A program made the position numbers and the translations under genes. The notes beneath the pieces were generated by a model, which was given only the letters and a program-made list of their open reading frames with translations, ran no database searches and was not told the origin of the DNA. This document shows positions 1 to 7,055 of a stretch of DNA of 11,200 bases, one piece after another. Position 1 is the first letter of the stretch, and every line of letters begins with the position of its first letter. The DNA comes from an uncultured Dictyoglomota bacterium. GTDB lineage: Bacteria; Dictyoglomota; Dictyoglomia; Dictyoglomales; Dictyoglomaceae. The stretch is from contig CAZZIO010000014.1 in the NCBI GenBank assembly GCA_964654465.1, forward strand, positions 1 to 11,200, given 5' to 3'.

Positions 1-8
1 GAGGAGGA

Positions 9-299
9 ATGAAGAGCTTAGAGGAGATTAAAAAGATTCTCAGGGAACACAAAGAGGAGATAAGGGAAAAATACGGTGTGGTTATACTTGGAGTATTTGG
101 TTCTTATACAAGGGGTGAGCAAAAAGAAACAAGCGATGTAGATATTCTTATTGAAATTGAGAGACCAATTGGGCTTAAATTTTTTGAGTTGTGGGATGAA
201 CTTGAAAAAATTCTTGGTTGTGAGGTTGACCTTGTGAGGGAAAAGCTTCTTAGAGAGGAAATTAAAAGTGATATATTAAGGGAGCTTGAAAGGGTATGA
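9..299 (+). CDS. Minimal nucleotidyltransferase (MNT, Pol-beta superfamily; MntA-type antitoxin)
   Basis: 96 aa with the GVFGSYTRGEQKETSDVDIL motif (GS-x10-DxD) and a third Asp in EVDLV. Size and N-terminus are typical of MNT. Purine-rich RBS GAGGAGGA at 1-8. Confidence 0.93.
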   Translation: MKSLEEIKKILREHKEEIREKYGVVILGVFGSYTRGEQKETSDVDILIEIERPIGLKFFELWDELEKILGCEVDLVREKLLREEIKSDILRELERV

Positions 300-355
300 A
301 ACGGAAATCTTCCCTTGAAAAAATTTATGTTAAACTTTTGGAGGGAAAAGAATGA
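296..355 (+). pseudogene. 19-aa mini-ORF MKRKSSLEKIYVKLLEGKE, probable internally deleted HEPN (DUF86-like) toxin remnant
   Basis: ATG 296-298 overlaps the MNT stop (ATGA). Its TGA 353-355 overlaps the methyltransferase ATG 352-354. It occupies the position where the HEPN partner of MNT normally starts. HEPN identity is inferred from position and the MKR start only. Confidence 0.45.
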
Positions 356-1593
356 AAAAACTCTTGCTACCCAAAGTTATTCAAGCATCAGCCACAGAAC
401 TTCCCTATCCTGATAATTTCTTTGATGCTGTTTTTACTGATCCACCCTATTATGATAATGTGCCATATTCTTATTTATCCGACTTTTTTTATGTATGGTT
501 AAAAAGAAGTATAGGGGATTTATACCCAGATTTATTTTTAACCCCTTTAACACCTAAGAGTAAAGAGATTGTTGCTTATTCTCATAATGAAGGTGGATTT
601 GAGGCTGGAAAGAAGTTTTTTGAGGAGAATCTTAAAAAGGCTTTTCAAGAGATATATAGAGTATTAAAGCCTAATGGAATCTGTGTGATTGTATATACTC
701 ATAAATCTACCTCAGGTTGGGAGACTTTGATAAACTCCCTTTTAGATTCTGGCCTTGTACCTTCTGCGTCTTGGCCTATAGATACCGAGATGAAGTCAAG
801 ATTAAGAGCTCGAGAGTCAGCAACATTATCATCCTCCATATATATAGTGGCAAGAAAAGCAAAAAAGGAGGGTATAGGTTGGTTTCATGAGGTAAAAGAG
901 GAGATTAAGAAACATATTCATGATAAATTGGATCATCTTTGGAAAGAAGGAGTAAGTGGGGCAGATTATTTCATATCCGCCATAGGTTCTGCCATAGAGA
1001 TATTTGGAAGATATGAAAAGGTGATGGATATTAGTGGAGATGAGATAAGAGCAGATAGGTTGTTGGAGTATGTAAGAGAAGTTGTTACTGATTATGCCAT
1101 TCATAAAATATTGCATGATGGAATTTCAGCTTATTTGTCACCCCTTACTAGATTTTATATTCTATGGCGATGGACCTACGGAGAAAGTAAGGTAGAATTT
1201 GATTCTGCAAGAAAACTTGCCCAAAGTGTAGGAATTGATATTGAGAAAGAATGGAATAAGGGATTCATAAAAAAGGAGAAGGAGTTTATAAGGGTATTGG
1301 GACCTCATGAAAGAAAGATAAGTGATATAGAAGAATCAAATGAGCTTATAGATGTTCTTCATTTAGTATTGAATTATTATAGTGAAGGAAAGAGAGAATT
1401 AATAAAGTCTGCATTAAAGAGAAAAGGTTTTGCTGATAAAGAATATTTCTATATAGTTGCTCAAGCAATTTCAGAGACTTTACCCAATGATAGTAAAGAA
1501 AAAAGGCTTATTGATGGCTTCTTAGCTGGTAAGGAAAGCTATAAGAAAGATGAAGAAAAGATAAATATTGAGCAATTAAGATTTGAAAGTTAA
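352..1593 (+). CDS. C-terminal half of a DUF1156-type amino (adenine) DNA methyltransferase
   Basis: Catalytic motif IV in FTDPPYYDNVPYSYLSDFFYVWLKR at about aa 28-52, followed by family-typical YRVLKPNG, HKSTSGWETL, WPIDTE and LSSSIYIVARK. No SAM-binding motif I, DUF1156 N-domain or Zn-ribbon in this ORF. Own RBS GGAGG at 340-344. Confidence 0.88.
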   Translation: MKKLLLPKVIQASATELPYPDNFFDAVFTDPPYYDNVPYSYLSDFFYVWLKRSIGDLYPDLFLTPLTPKSKEIVAYSHNEGGFEAGKKFFEENLKKAFQEIYRVLKPNGICVIVYTHKSTSGWETLINSLLDSGLVPSASWPIDTEMKSRLRARESATLSSSIYIVARKAKKEGIGWFHEVKEEIKKHIHDKLDHLWKEGVSGADYFISAIGSAIEIFGRYEKVMDISGDEIRADRLLEYVREVVTDYAIHKILHDGISAYLSPLTRFYILWRWTYGESKVEFDSARKLAQSVGIDIEKEWNKGFIKKEKEFIRVLGPHERKISDIEESNELIDVLHLVLNYYSEGKRELIKSALKRKGFADKEYFYIVAQAISETLPNDSKEKRLIDGFLAGKESYKKDEEKINIEQLRFES

Positions 1594-1612
1594 AGAAAAG
1601 AGGTGAGTATTG

Positions 1613-4159
1613 GTGAGTTCATTAGTTCCCTTTGTCCAAATTGCAAGACCTCATCAAGATATATTAGAAGGGAAATTTACCTTAGATGTATATGCTGCAG
1701 ACCTTTGGAGAGTGTATAAAGGAGACGCACCTTCAGAATATGTTGATCCTGTTATTTTTTTCCAAAAAACCCATATGACCCATGGACTTAATGAACTCAT
1801 TAAAGTAGTGGAAGAAAGATTAGAAGGAAAAGGTAGAAATTCAACTCTTCAGCTTCAAACTCCTTTTGGGGGTGGAAAAACCCATAGTTTAATTGCCTTA
1901 TATCATAAGGCAAGAGAATGGGGGGCAAATGTAGTAGTATTAGAAGGTACAGCTTTCGATGCAAAGGATGTAAGATTATGGGAAGAGATGGAAAGACAAC
2001 TTACAGGGAAAATAGAGATAACAAAAGGTGATACATCTTGCGGTAAGGAAAAGCTTATTGAAATTCTTCATAAAAATGAACCTGTGCTTATTCTTATGGA
2101 TGAAGTTCTTGCTTATTGTGTAAAATCTGCAGGGATAAATTTAGGAGAAACTACTTTATTAGAACAAACTATTGTGTTTTTCCAAGAATTAACTCAAGCG
2201 GTTGCATCCTCAGGAAGGTCTATGCTTGTGGTTACCCTCCCATCGAGTGATATGGAGCAATATGGAGAAAAGGGAGAGGAAATATTTCAGAGAGTATCAA
2301 AGATTTTTGGAAGAATGCAAGAGATTTTTACCCCTATAGCTGAGGAAGAGATAAGTAGCGTGATAAGGAAAAGGCTTTTTCAATGGATGGATGAGGATAA
2401 AGCAAAAATAGTTGTAAATGAGTATGTGGATTATTTGGAAAGGGAAAATCTTTTTAGTAAAAAGGAGGATTTGGAAAGTTATAGGAAAAAGTTTTTAAAT
2501 AGTTATCCATTTAAGCCTGAAGTTATAGAGATACTTTATACAAGATGGGGTTCATATCCTAACTTCCAAAGAACAAGAGGGGTTTTGAGACTTCTTTCTC
2601 AAGTGGTTTATGATTTGAAGGATGAGAAGATTCCTTTTATTGGACTAGGAGATTTTAATTTGAAAAATAATAGGATTAGAAGAGAGCTTTTGGAGCATAT
2701 TGGGAATGAGTACGATAGCGTAATAGCTCATGATATAACCCTTGAGACGTCAGGAGCTAAGAAAGTAGATACAGAGATGGGATCATCTTATAGCCCATAT
2801 AAATTAGGTACTAAGGTGGTAACATGTATTTTTATGACCTCATTTTCAGGGAAAAAGGATTCTACTTATAAAGGAATAAATATTAGAGAATTAAAGATAT
2901 ATACATCTCTTCCAGAAATTCAAAGTAGTGTAATAGATGATGTGGTAAATAAATTGAGAGAAAAATTATTTTTCCTTTCTGATGATGGTCTTTATTTCAC
3001 CAATGAGCCTAATTTAAATCGTATGGTTGTGATTACAAAGGAAAATATAACTTATCATGAGATAAATGAAGAAGAGAGAAAAATTATAGAAAATTCGATT
3101 TCCAAGGATAAGAGTATATCTGTCTATATATTTCCACAATTTCCACGAGATATTCCTGATAATAAAAATATAAAGATTGTGATTACGAAAGATACAGATG
3201 AAAATAAATTTAGAGAATTTTTGGAAAAACTGGGAGAAACCCCAAGAGTATATAGAAATACATTAATATTTCTATATCCTGATGAAAGTTATAGGGTTTC
3301 TTTTCAGGACTACATAAAAACCAAGTTAGCATATGAGAAGATATATAAAGATGTGAATATAAAACTTGATGAAAAGAGAAGAAAGGAAATAGAGAAAAAG
3401 CTTGAAAATTTAAAAGAAAAAGAATATGAAGAGCTAAGAAAATATTACAGAAACTTATATCTTCCTAATGGAAAAACAATTCCTAATTTAGGTTTAGCAA
3501 CCATAGGTAAAAATAAGTTGGATAAGGAGATTCTTGAGTTTTTAAGAAGTGAGAGAATTATTTTTGATAAGATAACCCCCAAGTATATAGAAGAGCGTTA
3601 TCTTAAGGAAGAAGTTTCTACTAAAAATTTATTAGAGTCCTTTTATAGAACTCCCGGAAATCCAATACTTTTAAATGAAGATGTATTAAAAAATGCAATA
3701 ATAGAAGGAGTAAAAATAGGTATATTTTACATAAAAAGAGAGGGAAAAATATATGAGGAACCAACTTTTGAGGATGATGAGGTGCTAACAAAAGAAAGGC
3801 AAGATGTGCAAGTCAAGGAATCAGCTACACCCCAAATAAAAGAAGAGGAGGAGGTTTATCCACCTAAACATCAGAGAGATGTAGAAGTAGAAAATCCTCC
3901 TTATGGGACATCTCTTTCTTCTTCAGAAACTTTAGTTAAAAAGTATAAGAAAATTTATTTAAGTTTTAATATAAAAAATAAAGGAAATTTTGCTTATATT
4001 TTCAGAGTATTGAACGAATTAAGCAAGAATTTTGATGATATAAATGTTCATATTGAAATAAGTTTGGAAAAAGGCGAGATTGAGGCTAAAGATTATGAAA
4101 TTTTAAGGGAAGGTTTAGGGCAAATTAATGTAGAATTTGAAAAAGAAGAGACAGAATAA
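1613..4159 (+). CDS. DUF499-family AAA+ ATPase of restriction-like/BREX-related defence systems
   Basis: Walker A QTPFGGGKTHSL, Walker B LILMDE, family motifs YAADL, SYPFKPE, FQRTRGVLRLL and YRNTLIFL. A Pro/Glu linker precedes a small C-terminal domain. GTG 1613 is preferred over TTG 1610 from spacing to RBS GAGGTGA (1600-1606). Confidence 0.92.
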   Translation: MSSLVPFVQIARPHQDILEGKFTLDVYAADLWRVYKGDAPSEYVDPVIFFQKTHMTHGLNELIKVVEERLEGKGRNSTLQLQTPFGGGKTHSLIALYHKAREWGANVVVLEGTAFDAKDVRLWEEMERQLTGKIEITKGDTSCGKEKLIEILHKNEPVLILMDEVLAYCVKSAGINLGETTLLEQTIVFFQELTQAVASSGRSMLVVTLPSSDMEQYGEKGEEIFQRVSKIFGRMQEIFTPIAEEEISSVIRKRLFQWMDEDKAKIVVNEYVDYLERENLFSKKEDLESYRKKFLNSYPFKPEVIEILYTRWGSYPNFQRTRGVLRLLSQVVYDLKDEKIPFIGLGDFNLKNNRIRRELLEHIGNEYDSVIAHDITLETSGAKKVDTEMGSSYSPYKLGTKVVTCIFMTSFSGKKDSTYKGINIRELKIYTSLPEIQSSVIDDVVNKLREKLFFLSDDGLYFTNEPNLNRMVVITKENITYHEINEEERKIIENSISKDKSISVYIFPQFPRDIPDNKNIKIVITKDTDENKFREFLEKLGETPRVYRNTLIFLYPDESYRVSFQDYIKTKLAYEKIYKDVNIKLDEKRRKEIEKKLENLKEKEYEELRKYYRNLYLPNGKTIPNLGLATIGKNKLDKEILEFLRSERIIFDKITPKYIEERYLKEEVSTKNLLESFYRTPGNPILLNEDVLKNAIIEGVKIGIFYIKREGKIYEEPTFEDDEVLTKERQDVQVKESATPQIKEEEEVYPPKHQRDVEVENPPYGTSLSSSETLVKKYKKIYLSFNIKNKGNFAYIFRVLNELSKNFDDINVHIEISLEKGEIEAKDYEILREGLGQINVEFEKEETE

Positions 4160-4365
4160 TATTTCTTAAGATATTAATTACAAAATCGCCCATTTTTTAT
4201 AGTTCAGGTATAATTTATGAAGAACAGACTTTAAAGCATTTTTTAATGAGGTATAAAAGCCCCTCATGCTAAGTAATTATTTATTATAGAATTACTAATT
4301 CTTAAATGGATGTGAATTTTAGCCTTGTTACAAAAACTACTAATACTGACCAATAGTTTATTTAA

Positions 4366-4391
4366 TTGAATTTTTATTTTTTTATTATAAT
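4366..4391 (+). promoter_or_regulatory. Possible housekeeping-sigma promoter for the lipoprotein gene
   Basis: Perfect TATAAT at 4386-4391 and TTGAAT at 4366-4371, but the spacer is only 14 nt and the region is very AT-rich. Confidence 0.3.
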
Positions 4392-4509
4392 ATTATTAAG
4401 GAGAAAGAGAAGTAAATTTTTGCAAATTTGGCAGATCTTCTTCATAACACAATTTTACTCTTTTCTTCTCTTTTTTTTCTTCTATTTATAACAGAGGGGA
4501 GGGGTTTTC

Positions 4510-5695
4510 TTGAAAAATGTAAAAGTTTATCTCTTTATATTGCTCCTTTTATTTATTTCTGGATGTATGTCCTCAGGGACCAAACCACTCGAACCAATTA
4601 TTTGGCAAAAGGTATTTGGTGGTGATTACTATGATTTTGCCTTTTCTGTAGATGTTTCCAATGATGGTGGGTATATTGTTGCAGGAAAGACATTATCCTA
4701 TGGGGCAGGAGGTAGTGATGCTTATATTCTTAAGCTTGACGCAAATGGAAATAAATTATGGGAAAAATTTTATGGTGGTTCAGCTGATGACATAATTTAC
4801 TCTATTTTACAATTGGATGATGGATCATATATAGGTGTAGGGGAGACCTATTCTATGGGAGAGGGAAATGCTGATTTTTATGTTTTAAAACTCAAACAAG
4901 ATGGAGATGCAGATTGGGTAAAAAGTTTTGGGGGAATTAATGCTGATGTTGCAAACAGTATAGCTAAGTTAAATGATGGGTATATATTGGCGGGATATAC
5001 TACTTCCTTTGGAGCTGGAGGTTAGTGATTTTTATATTTTAAGGCTTAATAGTCAAGGAGACGTAACATGGTCAAAAACATACGGAGGTACTCAACCTGA
5101 GTGTGCAAATAGTGTTAAGCCTACCAGCGATGGAGGTTTTATCGTTGTTGGATTTGTAAATGAAAATGGAAATGGTAATGTGTACGTATTAAAATTAAGG
5201 GAAAATGGAGAAAAAGAATGGGATCTAATTTATGGTAAATCAGGAGATGATAGAGCTTTTGATGTAGTAGAGGTAGAGGCAGGAAAATATGTTGTTTGCG
5301 GATATAGTGATTCAAAAGAATCAGGAGACTATGATATCTATTTATTGGAAGTATTAGAAAATGGGAATATAGCTTGGGAAAGAAAAATTGGAGGAAATAA
5401 CAATGATAAAGCTTATTCCATAGTAAAAACTGGTGATGGGGGATTTATTTTGGCAGGAGAGACTTCTCAGGAAAGCTTTAAAGATGTATATGTGGTAAAG
5501 GTTGATAGTAATGGTATAAAGGAATGGGATAAAAAATATGGGGGACCTTCCAATGATGAAGCAAGGTGTATAAAGACTACACCCGATGGTGGATATATAG
5601 TGGCAGGTGCTACAGCGTCTTTTGGACCAAGTGCATATAATTTTTATGTGTTAAAGCTTGATAAAGATGGAAATACAGGAGCTAATCCTCAGTAG
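4510..5695 (+). pseudogene. Seven-bladed beta-propeller lipoprotein, frameshifted (pseudogene or sequencing error); 394 aa if repaired
   Basis: TTG start after G-rich RBS 4494-4504; signal peptide with lipobox ISG-C19. Seven ~50-aa repeats (WQKVFGG, WEKFYGG, WVKSFGG, WSKTYGG, WDLIYGK, WERKIGG, WDKKYGG, each with a DGGYIVAG-like strand) span ORFs 4510-5025 and 4973-5695. Removing one T at 5022-5023 fuses them. Confidence 0.85.
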
Positions 5696-5710
5696 TTAAG
5701 AATTATAGTT

Positions 5711-5736
5711 AAAGGGGGCTAAAAAGCCCCCTTTTT
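5711..5736. terminator. Intrinsic terminator between convergent genes, probably bidirectional
   Basis: AAAGGGGGCT-AAAA-AGCCCCCTTT is a perfect 10-bp stem followed by a T run on +, with a shorter T run on -. It lies between stops at 5695 (+) and 5748 (-). Confidence 0.9.
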
Positions 5737-5747
5737 GTATTTTTATT

Positions 5748-6296
5748 TTAGTAGTTTAACTCTCCATAACCTCTTTTTGCGTGCATAGAGCTTGGATCAT
5801 CAGAGCTTCCTAAAGCCCAAACGATAAGTAATTTCCCAGATTTTGGAAATTCTTTATCGTATTTATCTCCTGTTATTAGTTTTCTTTTGAATTCAATGTA
5901 GGTATATTCATTATCCTCCGTGCCTGCAAATTCTAATATGTTGTTTTTTCCTCCAAGTTTTTCATCTAATGTATGTGCTACATGTTTTTCAGGGGCAAAA
6001 TAATCCAATACTTTTACTTCTTTGTCAGTCACATACCCTATTATATAATCTGCATTTCCAGCTTTTACTGTTGGTGCTATTCCAAGAGCTACATAGCCTT
6101 TTGTTCTTCCAATCATTAAAATATAGACTTCATCTCCTACAATTTTCCAAAACATCCTAAAATCACCATTAGAAAGATTAATATAGTTATTATATTCATT
6201 AGGAGAAAGCTTTCCATCTATTTTGGGAGTTTGTTGAGAATAAGTTAAAGTAAAGATAGTTAAGGCTAATAAAACTGATATTAATATTTTTTTCAT
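5748..6296 (-). CDS. Secreted DOMON-domain protein (182 aa)
   Basis: Start reassigned to MKKILIS (ATG 6296) behind RBS AAGGAGGTGG; signal peptide present. DOMON motifs GYVALGI, ADYIIGYV, IEFKRKLITGDKYD, IVWALG and C-terminal H-x-x-RG. Confidence 0.85.
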   Translation of the reverse strand: MKKILISVLLALTIFTLTYSQQTPKIDGKLSPNEYNNYINLSNGDFRMFWKIVGDEVYILMIGRTKGYVALGIAPTVKAGNADYIIGYVTDKEVKVLDYFAPEKHVAHTLDEKLGGKNNILEFAGTEDNEYTYIEFKRKLITGDKYDKEFPKSGKLLIVWALGSSDDPSSMHAKRGYGELNY

Positions 6297-6334
6297 AGCT
6301 CCACCTCCTTGTGGTTTATAATTATTTCTATTTA

Positions 6335-6377
6335 AATATAACTTATTTTGAAAAAAAGGCAAATTAAAATATTTTAA
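6335..6377 (-). promoter_or_regulatory. Internal promoter for the DOMON gene with adjacent 14-bp palindrome
   Basis: On the minus strand TTGCCT (6362-6357), a 16-nt spacer and TATATT (6340-6335). Perfect palindrome TTAAAATATTTTAA at 6364-6377 lies just upstream of the -35. Confidence 0.5.
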
Positions 6378-6382
6378 CAATT

Positions 6383-7039
6383 TTACTTTACGATTAATGA
6401 TACGTTATCAACTGCCCCTACAAAGTCCCAACCACTTCCACCAATAATAATCTCTTTTAGATATGGATGAGATACTATATTATTATAGATATCTTCTTCT
6501 ATTAAATCTGCCTCAAAGTGATAAAAATCTCCACTTTCTATTTCTGTTACATTATTTTCTGGATAATTTATTGTGCTTCCTTTCAGTATAAAACATTTTT
6601 TATATACATATTCCTCATTGTTTTCGTTTTCAAATATTAGTATAACTTGAGCTGGATATTCTCCTCCTGCCCATCCATCAGAATCTAATTCTTGAAAGGA
6701 AATTAATATATCAAAGGATAATTTTAAACTTTTTTTATCTCTTAAATCGAAGTTTCCTAAGGATTGTTTAATTCCTACAAATCCTCCATCAGCTTCTGAA
6801 TTTTTTCTTACCCACATAAAGTAGTCAACATATATTTGTGCTTCATAGTAGTTAGTCTCTTTTATATTTATTAATATTATTTCCCATGGTATAAGTTCGT
6901 TAAAATTACCATTTTGGATTAGTTCTAAGCCTTCAACTTCCTCTTCTATAAATTCTTCTATTTCCTCTTGGGCAATTGAAAAGCCTATGTTTAAAAAAAT
7001 TATGAGAATTAAGGATAAAATAAATTTGAACTTTTTCAT
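6383..7039 (-). CDS. Secreted acidic hypothetical protein, probable CBM-like/galactose-binding jelly-roll
   Basis: Signal peptide (MKKFKF...SIA/QE) and RBS AAGGAGG. The domain opens with ELIQNGNF and closes with VDNVSL, the bracketing pattern of CBM4/9-like beta-sandwiches. Several Trp residues. Confidence 0.65.
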   Translation of the reverse strand: MKKFKFILSLILIIFLNIGFSIAQEEIEEFIEEEVEGLELIQNGNFNELIPWEIILINIKETNYYEAQIYVDYFMWVRKNSEADGGFVGIKQSLGNFDLRDKKSLKLSFDILISFQELDSDGWAGGEYPAQVILIFENENNEEYVYKKCFILKGSTINYPENNVTEIESGDFYHFEADLIEEDIYNNIVSHPYLKEIIIGGSGWDFVGAVDNVSLIVK

Positions 7040-7055
7040 TTTATCCTCCTTCTTA

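Noticed and set aside
829-1116. 95-aa minus-strand ORF
   Set aside because: Antisense shadow inside the methyltransferase gene, with no motifs.
4246-4267. Hairpin as terminator of the defence operon
   Set aside because: Only a 6-bp stem with a 10-nt loop and no following U tract on either strand.
4420-4491. Phe-rich 23-codon putative leader peptide (TTG start, MQIWQIFFITQFYSFLLFFFFYL)
   Set aside because: The best SD (AAGGAG) is about 16 nt away, the Phe codons follow trivially from the T-rich tract, and the downstream gene is unrelated to amino-acid metabolism.
4428-4625. 65-aa plus-strand ORF
   Set aside because: Overlaps the lipoprotein start out of frame; its hydrophobicity comes from the pyrimidine tract.
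5017-5028. Programmed +1 frameshift or phase variation at GGT-TAG
   Set aside because: GGU to GUU re-pairing is poor, and there is no homopolymer or repeat tract.
4973-5695. Independent 240-aa gene
   Set aside because: Its first ~17 residues are out-of-frame sequence; it is the continuation of the frameshifted propeller.
6297-6380. 28-aa N-terminal extension of the DOMON ORF (likewise 8415-8444 for the 462-aa ORF)
   Set aside because: The extensions run through the strong RBS, and for DOMON the promoter; the signal peptides begin at the downstream ATGs.
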